Below are positions 46,901 to 55,203 of a stretch of 64,000 nucleotides of DNA, in pieces; positions within the stretch are counted from its first letter, which is position 1; every line of letters begins with the position of its first letter. Source of the stretch: a virus (lineage: Duplodnaviria; Caudoviricetes). The DNA lies in the IMG/VR virus record IMGVR_UViG_3300047160_004777, positions 15,007-79,006 of that record; one strand, given 5' to 3'. The position numbers were made by a program, and so were the translations under genes. The notes beneath the pieces are model-generated. The model saw only the letters and a program-made list of their open reading frames with translations, ran no database searches and had not been told where the DNA came from.

Positions 46901-47433
46901 ATGCGGCACTTGGCGGGCCGGTCAAGTTTGCAGAGGTCGGTCCACTGACGAGCACCGCCGCCAGCGTCACGTTGCCAGTGTCCGGGTCGTTGCCGCAGAA
47001 CTACCGCAACATCAGGGTCACCGGCCAGGCTCGCGGTGATACGGCTGCTACCTCTGTCGTCATCAATCTGCAATTCAACGGTGACACGGGCAGTAACTAC
47101 GACTACATGGAGATGGCGTTCCAGGGCAGCACATCCGTCGCTCAGAACTATGGCGGCACGTCCAGTCGGGTCGGCATCGTCACTGCTGCAAGCTCGCCAG
47201 CGAATCACGCTGGGGAGTTGGAGATCACCGTCCCGAATTACAGCGGCACCACGTTCTACAAGAACGTTGTGTCTCGGTCAGGCGAGGCGCAAGCGCTGTC
47301 GAGCACCAACTATTACTTGCGCGAAACGCGCTCGACGTGGCACAGCACCAGTGCGATTACGTCGCTGACGCTCACGCCTGTCGCCGGCAACTTCGTCGCC
47401 GGGTCCGTCTTCACCCTGTATCTCGATCCATGA
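43909..47433 (+). CDS. long multidomain tail fibre / RBP, paralogue 4 of 4
   Basis: Shared anchor; three ~140-aa internal repeats (KLLLDF/NYT..W.DV..TQ.F..DD); several beta-sandwich modules. Confidence 0.75.
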   Translation: MVALVNGAQTTLGADIASGATTITVASGNGAMFPSGDFTITLDDRTHQEVIYVPTGGRSGDTFSNCVRAYESYGGAATAYAFVAATPTTLAQTVTAATMNRQFAGGTMTQYSNFLGADVTFSIANTFFDGPALTLAPGTWLLSGQVTASCDGGTQGFTAKLWDGTSTFATASAANPFSGYAVPMPLMAVVSPTVATTYKISVCQDSAVASRIKCQPRSNPAGNNASYLIAMLLTSGGSSSAYAPSEQYAVVVDQKTAGTDGGTFNSGAWQRRDLNTVLANTGNWLTVSGNQITLPAGTYRTDILAPASAAGRHQARLQNVTSGTTLLVGTDAGASTGTGASAVISQSRINGRFTLTATSTLEVQHQCGTGKASDGFGNAAGGAFTVAYEVYTVAQFWLEQQNLAPNGSKLLLDFRPTTDLVNGQSISATTWTDVPGTTQTFTIDDGNALVEIAWGGFVYMNGSSLGVCSSRFVIDPAGANIIRYLGALIDSSERNNVMAGAPPVSVAAAALGTGTHTVKLQVYAVTSGFLLYCRPATNPNTEFVTCQVRQVPQATTTLSPAVANGTKILLNYTDTTDRSSTALSSSVWTDVPGTTQNFTVDDPNAIVELSAFDQIKVVASSYGPGATRFLIDGNPVGDYGIVQCNSGGYQTNVLTGGTPIPVAGLSVGVHAVKIQVNLGGGGTLYQRYSTSPDEHCGIRILQRPQVQATPVGGTAGDKLLLNYTETADKFSGSQMTIGTWYDLLTTQTFVVDDASATIEVVVSGNVLAGYNNSSASPRTQLVIDATGYRLGSQKTDGLSWGNPFAGVGPVPITGLAVGSHTLKVQVTSDAGAGASAAGIYAQFATNPNRDFLQVRVWQRPTIYRGGSVPSVQVGLAASKTPAQSAGNWSAALSWDVANWNTDNLWSAANPTRLTCQTPGKYLAMANLQAANATLELWLVKNGVTATHIADSAYQQYQLLSTVVDLSVGDYLELYGYNSNSGSNTINQTAVMSLTRIGDAALGGPVKFAEVGPLTSTAASVTLPVSGSLPQNYRNIRVTGQARGDTAATSVVINLQFNGDTGSNYDYMEMAFQGSTSVAQNYGGTSSRVGIVTAASSPANHAGELEITVPNYSGTTFYKNVVSRSGEAQALSSTNYYLRETRSTWHSTSAITSLTLTPVAGNFVAGSVFTLYLDP

Positions 47434-47484
47434 TGCGTGAAGGACATACCAGCAGTACATGCACCTGCCCTTTGGAGCCATGAT

Positions 47485-48564
47485 GTGGCGTTGATCATGG
47501 TCGAGGGCTTCGACACCTATGCGGCGGTGGGCTCCGGCGACGCGAACTTCGTTGTTCAGATCAGACGCAACTGGGACAGTTCCAATTACAACCGGGGCGA
47601 CCTCGGCGGAGTTACTACGGCCGGACGTGGGAGTCAGGCTCTCTACAACTACGGGGACAACTCGTACTACACGAATCTGCTGCGTGATCTGGGCACGGTC
47701 TACCCGACGATTATCGCGGGCATGTCGTGGCAAGGGAACAACACCACGGGCACGACCTCGTTCTGTGTGCTGTTGCTTCGGGATAGCGCCGGAACAGAGA
47801 TGGGCCGGTTGTACTGGACAGGCAGTGCTGGGCAGTTCGCCTGGCGGAATGGGTCCGGCACCAACGTGCTCACCACCAGCGTGCCCGGCGGCATCGCTCT
47901 CAGCACGTGGTACACGCTAGAAATCATGCTCACGGCTGGCACCACGACCGGCTATGTCGAGATTCATGTGAATGGCGTGAGCTACAGCGCGAACAATGTC
48001 AACACGGTCGGCGCGGCACTCACCACGGGCGCGCGCTCGATCATGCTCGGTCCGCCTGGGTCATCGCAGAACTTCAATACGCAATACATCGACCACTTCT
48101 ATCTGATGGACAACACGACGACCAGTTTCAACACGTTCCAGGGCGACCTGCGTATCCGGACACTGATCCCGAGTGGCGCGGGCGGGCACTCGGATTGGAC
48201 GCCTACTGGCGCTACGCCGAACTGGAACTGTGTCAAAGAGGCCGGCCTAGATCAGGACACGACGTACAACGCGACATCAACCGCTGGGGCGAGAGACTCG
48301 TACGCGTTGACGCAGATACCGAGCGGGTTGACCGTCTACGCCGCGTCGATCAGCGCCCATGCCAAGACAGATGACGCCACGCCGCGTCAGACGCAGTTTT
48401 TTGTTCGGTCAGGCGTCGATCAGTCCGTCGGGTCCGCGACCAGCCTGGCGAGCGACTACACGACACGTCTGGTCGCGATCCTTCCGACGAACCCATTGAC
48501 AGCCGGGGCTTGGACAGCCGCTGCTGTGAACGCGCTAGAGGCCGGCATTCGACTAATCTCGTAA
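47485..48564 (+). CDS. lectin-like minor tail protein, paralogue 6 of 6
   Basis: GTG start, IMVEGFD, WYTLEI, IDHFYL..FQGDL..LIP, AKTDDA. Confidence 0.7.
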   Translation: MALIMVEGFDTYAAVGSGDANFVVQIRRNWDSSNYNRGDLGGVTTAGRGSQALYNYGDNSYYTNLLRDLGTVYPTIIAGMSWQGNNTTGTTSFCVLLLRDSAGTEMGRLYWTGSAGQFAWRNGSGTNVLTTSVPGGIALSTWYTLEIMLTAGTTTGYVEIHVNGVSYSANNVNTVGAALTTGARSIMLGPPGSSQNFNTQYIDHFYLMDNTTTSFNTFQGDLRIRTLIPSGAGGHSDWTPTGATPNWNCVKEAGLDQDTTYNATSTAGARDSYALTQIPSGLTVYAASISAHAKTDDATPRQTQFFVRSGVDQSVGSATSLASDYTTRLVAILPTNPLTAGAWTAAAVNALEAGIRLIS

Positions 48565-48589
48565 TTGGCCATGGCAGGCTGATTGGCTA

Positions 48590-50773
48590 ATGCCAGGTCG
48601 CGTCAGCAAACTTCAAGTCGAGCTGCTCGTCGCGGCGCAGGCTGTCCGGACTATCCCGGCGCGCGGGCAGTTCGCGATCTTTCCTTCTGGCAGCGGTAGC
48701 TCGGGACAAGCGGCTGGGTCTGTACCGGCCACGATCAATGAGCAGCCCGGCCGCATTGTTCTGGGCGGCGTCAGTCTCACGACGACTACGGGAGCCGGCG
48801 GAACAGGTGGACGTGGCATCCCCGTTACGGTTCGCTTCCGGGGCACGCCCTCGCGCTCGATCCCGAGCACCGTTCGTCTTTCGGGCACGCTGCCACTCAC
48901 CGGACGCCTCGGCGGAAACTTCAGCCGTCCGGGTCTGATCCAGCCAGGCAATCCCGCTACCGGCTACAGTCACGCACCTACCTATGTCCGGACGATTCCA
49001 AGCAGTGCCTTCTTCCGCCAGAACCGTCGCCTGATTCCCGTCGCGCTCGCGGCCTCGGGCGGGCTGACTTCGGCGCTGGGCTTGCCGAACAGTCGGCTCT
49101 TGACACTTGAACGCGTCGGATTGTTCACCAGCGGCAAGGTTCGTGTCGTTCCGATCCAGGCAAGGTTCTCATCTATCTCGGTACTGCGCGTCACGCAAGC
49201 CGCGCTCGAAGCCATTACCGCCGCCAGTCCGAATCTCGTTACAACGCAAGCCGCACTCGAAGCGCTTACGGCTGGCAGTCCGAACCTGAGAACGACGCAA
49301 ACAGCAGTCGAGGTACTTACGGCGGCGAGTCCGAATCTCGTCACCACGCAAGTGGCGATTGAGGTACTCACGCCTAACCGACAGAACTGGATTCCGGCCG
49401 CTACGCGCTTCAGGATCACGGCGACCCGCGCCATTCCAGTTGCGGCGATCCTCACGCAACTGCGAACCAACACTATCCCCAGTCGCGTCTTGTTGTGGGG
49501 CAATACCAGCTCCCTCGGAATTCAGCCGAGCCGCTTTGGATACGGACTGATTCTCGGCGGCCAAGTTATCTCGCAGGCGCTGACGAGGCTTCGGTTCATT
49601 CCCGCAACAGCGAATCTCCAATACACGAGCACGCATGGCCGCGTCACGCAAGCCGGTGTCGAAACGGTGGTTCAGGGTGCTAACGCACGTATTACGCAAG
49701 CTGGCATCGCGGTCGTGGTCCAAGGCAACAACGCGCGGATCACCCAGGCCCCGCTCGAAGTCCTGATCAAGGCCGGCAATATTCGGCTCACGCAAGCAGT
49801 TCGGGTGGTGCTGGCGAAAGCCGGCAATATCCGGCTCACGCAGGCGAGCGTGATCGCTCTGGTGAGAGCGGGAAATATCCGGCTGACGCAGGCCGTCCTT
49901 GTCGTACTGGTACCGCCGCGCGAACGCCTGATTCCTGCTAGCGGTCAGTTTCGCGTAACCCGCACCCGCAGCATCCCAGCAACAGTGCGGCTCGGTCGGT
50001 TCCGATCCGTTCCCGTGAGTGTCCGGTTACGTTCGCGGTTGTCTCGGTCAATTCCTGCCACAGGTCGGTTCGGACCGGGCGTAACGACTCACACGCGCAC
50101 GATCCCGGCAAGTGCGCAGTTCGCCCTCAACCATTCCAGAACCGTGCCGCTGCACCTTCCGGCGAAGGCGTTCGGGCTAACGCGGACCGTGCCAATCACG
50201 GCGAGTTTCAGTATCGGCGAGCTGAAGATTCCGGCGACTGGTCGGTTTGGCAAGTATGGCTTGACTCGTCGGGTCGCGCTTCACCTGACCACGGCGCGAG
50301 CACGTCCATTGCCCAGAGTTATTCCGGTGAGCGTCTCGTTGTTCCGCGTCACCGTGCCCGGAACGCGAACTGTGCCCTTGCACATGCCGACCGGCACGCT
50401 TCCTCGTAACCGTGGCATTTTGAGCACGGGACGGTTCAGCACGCACGGCGTTCGCACCGTGCCGTTGTCGCGAGGGCCGGCGCGCGGCGCAGGCGCGAAC
50501 GGCGGCATCTACATTCCGGCGGTTGGCCGGTTGTTGCGGCCAGGAACGAACCCGATCAATCAGCACACGGTTCCACTCAAGCTGGTGGCGGCCGACGCGC
50601 GAGTAGGCATCCACATCACCGAGATGGTTCTCGAAGTCTTGACGACACATCAGATTGGCGCGCCCACCTCGCCGCTGATCCCGAGCGACGTGGAGGTCGC
50701 CGTTAGTCAGTTTGTGATCGAGGTGATCATCCCGCACCGGCCTGGCGGGCCGTACGGTCAGATGGTCGGGTAA
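48590..50773 (+). CDS. Arg-rich repetitive virion-associated protein
   Basis: 727 aa; repeats RT(I/V)P(A/L) and (R/N)(I/L)TQA..EV(L/V); very few acidic residues. Confidence 0.6.
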   Translation: MPGRVSKLQVELLVAAQAVRTIPARGQFAIFPSGSGSSGQAAGSVPATINEQPGRIVLGGVSLTTTTGAGGTGGRGIPVTVRFRGTPSRSIPSTVRLSGTLPLTGRLGGNFSRPGLIQPGNPATGYSHAPTYVRTIPSSAFFRQNRRLIPVALAASGGLTSALGLPNSRLLTLERVGLFTSGKVRVVPIQARFSSISVLRVTQAALEAITAASPNLVTTQAALEALTAGSPNLRTTQTAVEVLTAASPNLVTTQVAIEVLTPNRQNWIPAATRFRITATRAIPVAAILTQLRTNTIPSRVLLWGNTSSLGIQPSRFGYGLILGGQVISQALTRLRFIPATANLQYTSTHGRVTQAGVETVVQGANARITQAGIAVVVQGNNARITQAPLEVLIKAGNIRLTQAVRVVLAKAGNIRLTQASVIALVRAGNIRLTQAVLVVLVPPRERLIPASGQFRVTRTRSIPATVRLGRFRSVPVSVRLRSRLSRSIPATGRFGPGVTTHTRTIPASAQFALNHSRTVPLHLPAKAFGLTRTVPITASFSIGELKIPATGRFGKYGLTRRVALHLTTARARPLPRVIPVSVSLFRVTVPGTRTVPLHMPTGTLPRNRGILSTGRFSTHGVRTVPLSRGPARGAGANGGIYIPAVGRLLRPGTNPINQHTVPLKLVAADARVGIHITEMVLEVLTTHQIGAPTSPLIPSDVEVAVSQFVIEVIIPHRPGGPYGQMVG

Positions 50774-50785
50774 AAAGGAGCAGGC

Positions 50786-51544
50786 ATGCCGCAGGCGACC
50801 ATTCGAGCAAGTTGGTACGGGAACTCGACTACTGAACCCGCCGGGGTCACTGCCGAAACAGGAGTCAATCTGGATCGTTCGGCAGCACAGGCGGGTGGCG
50901 AGCCAGTGCCGTTGCCGGGAGCCGCGCCGAGTACGGTGTACAGCGCCATGAAAGAAGTCGCGCTCGAAGTCACCTCGCCACCCTCGCCCGCCACGACGAT
51001 CTCAAACGGTACGGTTCGCGCTACGGGCGCGATGCCGAACGGCGCCGCGTGGATGTATCAAGCCTCGACCAGCTACCTCTCGCAGCTATCGTCCGTGACT
51101 ACGCTCGCGGTTGGCGCGGCGGCGGGCGATGGAACAATTCAGACGGCCGGCGGCTTCGCGGTGAACAACCACATTCAGATCGACCAGGGCTCGGCGTCTG
51201 AGCTACGTATCGTGGTCGCGGTTGCGGGCACAGGCCCGTACGCGTTGACGCTCGACCGCATCTGCGGCAATAACCACGGTAGTGGCGTGCAGGTAGGACT
51301 CTTCACGAGCGCCGGCCCGGCAGATGTCGCTGCCGAGGCGGGCAGTAATCAACCTGCTGTCGCCACAGGTTACGCACTGCCGACGACGAGCCCCGTGGTC
51401 TATGACACACTCGGTGTAACCACGGGTACGACTGGACGCAAGGGCTCGTTCGTGCGGCTCGTGGGGGCCTTGTCGAGTGCGTTCGGCACGGCGCCCGGTA
51501 CGGTGACCTTGCCCTCGCTGATTATTGCCTACGATGAGTTCTGA
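50786..51544 (+). CDS. virion structural protein (paralogue of 10168)
   Basis: AAGGAG SD; aligns with the 10168 gene, with an extra internal module. Confidence 0.65.
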   Translation: MPQATIRASWYGNSTTEPAGVTAETGVNLDRSAAQAGGEPVPLPGAAPSTVYSAMKEVALEVTSPPSPATTISNGTVRATGAMPNGAAWMYQASTSYLSQLSSVTTLAVGAAAGDGTIQTAGGFAVNNHIQIDQGSASELRIVVAVAGTGPYALTLDRICGNNHGSGVQVGLFTSAGPADVAAEAGSNQPAVATGYALPTTSPVVYDTLGVTTGTTGRKGSFVRLVGALSSAFGTAPGTVTLPSLIIAYDEF

Positions 51545-51690
51545 TCCTGAACGCCGACTCTCAGGGTCCTGCCGCACTGATCTGGGTCTTGTTTGTGCTG
51601 CTTGTACTGCTACTTCTGTTTCTGATCACGCGTAACGGCTAAGTGGCGGAAGCGTAACGCTCGCGTGCTTAGGTGGTAAGGTCTGAAATT

Positions 51691-51918
51691 GTGAGCGATA
51701 AAGCGAATCAGGCGGCGTGGGCCTCGGTGATGACAGGTCTTATCTACAACCCCGACACGGCGATTTGTAAGAAGTGGCTCGAATTGAAGTCGGCCGGTTC
51801 GTACATCGGCGTGCCTGTCTCGGACGAAGTCCAAGAGGATGATGGAAGTACGCGAATGGCGTTCTCCAGCGGTGCGGTGATTGTGTGGGCGCCTGATCAG
51901 GATGCGACGCTCGCGTGA
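51691..51918 (+). CDS. LGFP-repeat-like small protein
   Basis: ICKKWLELKSAGSYIGVPVSDEV..RMAFSSGAVIVW. Confidence 0.55.
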   Translation: MSDKANQAAWASVMTGLIYNPDTAICKKWLELKSAGSYIGVPVSDEVQEDDGSTRMAFSSGAVIVWAPDQDATLA

Positions 51919-52541
51919 CGAAAGTCGCTGCGTTGTTCGCTCCCGTCAAGCCGCCAGTAGCGCCGCCGACGCCCGGTCCCCAAAAGACGGGCTTGTGGGT
52001 GGACGCCTCGAACTACACCGGCAACTTCTCCGATCAGATGATGCAAGACCTCAAATCGGCTGGCATTATCGGTGTCATCGTTCAAGCCGTTACCGGCAGC
52101 GACGGACGGACGTACACGACTCAGCAACTTCAGGCGGCGAGTGCGGCAGGCTTCCAGCTTCAGGGCTACGTGTTCCCTGGCGGTCTCGACTACAAGCTGC
52201 CCATGTTCGACGGATACAACCTCGAAGGACTCTGGCTGGACCTCGAAATCCCGATCACGATTGAAGGTGTGGACGAGGCGCTCGCAGCCACGGACGCCTA
52301 CATCAAAGGCGTAACGGGCATCTACTCGGGCCGATGGTTTTTCGTACAACAGGGTTGGCTAACAATGACGAAGTGGGCCGATCAGGGCCGGCCATTGTGG
52401 GACTCGAACTACGATGGGGATGCGGTCGTAGACGACAACTTCCATCCGTACGGAGGCTGGGACCACTGTGTCGTGAAGCAATACGCGGGAACATCGAGCG
52501 TCGGTAGCTGTCACGAGATTGATCTCAACGTGGAGGCTTAG
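51915..52541 (+). CDS. endolysin, GH25-like muramidase
   Basis: WVDASNY, WLDLE, GIYSGRWF, LWDSNY, PYGGW..VKQYAG, IDLN. Confidence 0.75.
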   Translation: MTKVAALFAPVKPPVAPPTPGPQKTGLWVDASNYTGNFSDQMMQDLKSAGIIGVIVQAVTGSDGRTYTTQQLQAASAAGFQLQGYVFPGGLDYKLPMFDGYNLEGLWLDLEIPITIEGVDEALAATDAYIKGVTGIYSGRWFFVQQGWLTMTKWADQGRPLWDSNYDGDAVVDDNFHPYGGWDHCVVKQYAGTSSVGSCHEIDLNVEA

Positions 52542-52544
52542 CCA

Positions 52545-52724
52545 ATGGCTACGCAACCAGCTCAACGCGTCTATTCGCCGTGGTGGATCATCCGCCTGAT
52601 TCTGTTGATCTTGGCGATCATCTGTTTTCTCATTGCGGCGTTCGGCATGAATATCGTGTTTGGTAGCGTCATGGTGATTCCGTTGGGACTGGCGCTGGGC
52701 TTTGCGGCGATGCTGCCCATCTGA
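52545..52724 (+). CDS. holin-like two-TM protein
   Basis: GGAGG SD; 59 aa with two hydrophobic helices, directly after the endolysin. Confidence 0.55.
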   Translation: MATQPAQRVYSPWWIIRLILLILAIICFLIAAFGMNIVFGSVMVIPLGLALGFAAMLPI

Positions 52725-53357
52725 GTGGCCAGGGCGCTTTCGCTCCTACGCGGGAGCGACCAGGACTGTATCCGAGAGCTGATTCAAATCCACGCGCTAC
52801 TTCACCCGAAGATTCTGGACGTGACGTTTGGCGGTGGGCGCATGTGGAAAGGGTTGCCCTGGTATCCCATCGAACGGGTCGATTGTCGAAATCTACCAGG
52901 GATCACGTGGCTCGGCGACTTTCGTGACCTGCCGGGTTCGTGGTCGGAACGGTTCGATATTGTCGTGTTCGACCCACCACACGTAACGGAGGCTGGCCGA
53001 ACGTCCCGCTACGTCCAGCGGTTCGGGACCGGGGTCGAGTCTGTCCAGCACACGGCCGACATCTCGCATCTCTATCAGCCGTTCCTGATGCAAGCCGAGC
53101 GCGTCTTACGAGCAGACGGCATCGTCCTGGCCAAGATCAGCGATCAAGTTCACCGTGGGCGGTTCCAGTTCCAGCAAGCTGACTTCATCGAAGTCGCCAA
53201 GTCTATTCGCGGCCTTACGCCCTGCGACTACATCGTGAAGGAGGATGCTCGCTCTAGCTCGCTGACGGGTCACAACTGGGAACACGTTCGCCATACACGG
53301 CGAGCGCACTCGTTTTGGATATGCGTGCGTAAGGGCGGGTGCGTGAGGCGAGCCTGA
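52725..53357 (+). CDS. DNA amino-methyltransferase (N6A/N4C)
   Basis: Motif I ILDVTFGGGRMW and catalytic VVFDPPH. Confidence 0.75.
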   Translation: MARALSLLRGSDQDCIRELIQIHALLHPKILDVTFGGGRMWKGLPWYPIERVDCRNLPGITWLGDFRDLPGSWSERFDIVVFDPPHVTEAGRTSRYVQRFGTGVESVQHTADISHLYQPFLMQAERVLRADGIVLAKISDQVHRGRFQFQQADFIEVAKSIRGLTPCDYIVKEDARSSSLTGHNWEHVRHTRRAHSFWICVRKGGCVRRA

Positions 53358-53803
53358 CCCTTGTTGGGCTTGTCGCGGCGATAGCTCTGCTCGGGCTGGT
53401 CGGCGACGTGCCCGTGTTTCTTGTGGTTGCGCCGGCGTTGCTGGCGCCTATTCTGGCGGGTTTTCTTGTTCGGCGGCTCATCCTGAGCGTGCCGCCCGTG
53501 AGTGGCGAGACAGTCCTCAGGGCGATGGGTGTCTACGTGTTGCTGGGGCTGATGTTCGCGCTCTTGTTCATGCTCGTGCCGGCGATGACCGGCGCGACAT
53601 TCTTCGAGGGGCCGCAAGGCAACAGAGCGGGCGACTACCTGTACTTCAGCTACGTGACGCTCGCGACCATTGGCTACGGCGATCTCGTGCCGCGCTCGTC
53701 GCTCGCGCGGATACTCTCGGTCATCGAAGCTCTGAGCGGACAGCTGTACCTTGTCACAGTCATCGCACTGCTGATTAGCCGACTGGATCGCCGCCCTGAC
53801 TGA
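53339..53803 (+). CDS. two-TM potassium channel (KcsA/ion_trans_2-like)
   Basis: Selectivity filter YFSYVTLATIGYGDLVP flanked by TM helices. Confidence 0.85.
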   Translation: MREASLTLVGLVAAIALLGLVGDVPVFLVVAPALLAPILAGFLVRRLILSVPPVSGETVLRAMGVYVLLGLMFALLFMLVPAMTGATFFEGPQGNRAGDYLYFSYVTLATIGYGDLVPRSSLARILSVIEALSGQLYLVTVIALLISRLDRRPD

Positions 53804-53843
53804 GGAACTCCGTTCGCGCATCTCGGCGCTGGAGAGCGACCTC

Positions 53844-54200
53844 GTGCGTAAGCGCGGACGGTTGAACCGCGATGCATGGTTAGTAGAGGTTGCTGCGATT
53901 CACCAGGAACTCCGGCAGATGGACACGTCCGAAGAAGTGGTCGAGCTGGAGAATAGCCTGCGCGATGTTGTCCATTTGGCGGTTGAGCTTGTTTCGCTCT
54001 GGGAAAGTGGCGCCATTCGTAAGATGAGCGCCCTGACCCTGATTTTCGTGAGCGACGCGTTGATCGCCGGTATCTACGGTATGAACTTTGTATTTATCCC
54101 ATCACTCGATTGGCAAGCTGGCTATCCATGGGCGCTCGGGCTGATGTTCGTGGTAGCCGTCTCGTTGTTCTTCGTGTTCCGGCGGCTCGATTGGCTGTAG
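53844..54200 (+). CDS. mini CorA-like Mg2+ transporter (C-terminal membrane part only)
   Basis: Signature GIYGMNF..P.L.WQAGYPWAL; only ~120 aa, so the large cytosolic domain is missing. Confidence 0.7.
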   Translation: MRKRGRLNRDAWLVEVAAIHQELRQMDTSEEVVELENSLRDVVHLAVELVSLWESGAIRKMSALTLIFVSDALIAGIYGMNFVFIPSLDWQAGYPWALGLMFVVAVSLFFVFRRLDWL

Positions 54201-54248
54201 ACGTAACCCGGTAGAGCGGGCTCCGACCGTTCGCGCTAGAATAGAGAG

Positions 54249-54731
54249 GTGCCGCCCTACATCCCGCTTCGCGTCCTGTGTTGCGGGGATCGAGATTGGG
54301 CATCGGTCGGAACGATCTCGCTCGCGCTCGCCGGCTTGCCGCGTGACACCATGATTATCGAAGGCGAAGCTCGCGGAGCCGACCGCCTGGCGCGGATGGC
54401 TGCTGAGGCGCATGGCTACACCGTCGAGCGATATCCGGCGGATTGGAGTGCGTACCATCGCGCCGCCGGACCGATCCGTAATCGCCAGATGCTCCGTGAG
54501 GGCAGACCGCACTTGATCCTCGCGTTCCACGACCACATTGCCGAATCGAAGGGTACGGCCGACATGATCGAGCAGGCGATGCGTGCTCATCGCCGTCCGT
54601 TGCTTATCAACTCATCGGGTCGCGTGTTCGTCTCCGACACGAAATTCAGCCTTTCCGATTGGACGCCGGTCGCGGTCGAGTTGGGCTCGGAAGAGTGGCT
54701 ACGCCTTCTCGAAGTCGTGCGGCGTGGTTAG
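54249..54731 (+). CDS. SLOG-family (YspA/DUF2493-like) protein
   Basis: VLCCGDRDW, IIEGEARGAD, YPADW..AAGPIRNRQML, SKGTADM. Confidence 0.8.
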   Translation: MPPYIPLRVLCCGDRDWASVGTISLALAGLPRDTMIIEGEARGADRLARMAAEAHGYTVERYPADWSAYHRAAGPIRNRQMLREGRPHLILAFHDHIAESKGTADMIEQAMRAHRRPLLINSSGRVFVSDTKFSLSDWTPVAVELGSEEWLRLLEVVRRG

Positions 54732-54753
54732 GTATCGGTCCCGCTCTCTGGCC

Positions 54754-55203
54754 ATGAACTATGGCCCATGTCTCGTATGTCGCCGCAGCTACCAATCTAG
54801 CGCGGCCCGACCATTTTGGGCGTTCGACCGATTCGGCGCACTCATCGGGAGCGTTCACACGGCGTGTCAACAAAACGGCATCTTCAAGGTGGACGGCGAG
54901 CTGAGTATCCCAGCAGCGCGGTTCCAGTTCTGGCTCGAAGAGGTATACGCGGTTCCGGCACCACGACGGTTGCATCAGGCCGAGTGGCATGCGCTCCGTA
55001 TGGCGCGCGTAGCCGGCGAGCGGGTTCTCAAGCAACTGACTTCCGATCCGACGCTCAACGTCCAGCAGGAACAACTGCTGAGCCGCGTACCACCCTCGCT
55101 TCGTCTCGCTGTCGAGGGCATTTATCCGCGCCTACTCACCGGCTACAAAGAATGGTTGAGCCGCGAAGATGCGCCGAAGGGAGATACTATAGCGAGTGAC
55201 TGA
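54754..55203 (+). CDS. hypothetical protein with an N-terminal CxxC
   Basis: ATG 54754; CLVC..HTAC; coupled to the next gene. Confidence 0.5.
   Translation: MNYGPCLVCRRSYQSSAARPFWAFDRFGALIGSVHTACQQNGIFKVDGELSIPAARFQFWLEEVYAVPAPRRLHQAEWHALRMARVAGERVLKQLTSDPTLNVQQEQLLSRVPPSLRLAVEGIYPRLLTGYKEWLSREDAPKGDTIASD

Noticed and set aside
35704-48564. Diversity-generating retroelement or invertase-driven tail switching
   Set aside because: No reverse transcriptase, recombinase, near-identical TR/VR pair or inverted repeats seen; the paralogues are deeply diverged and all on one strand
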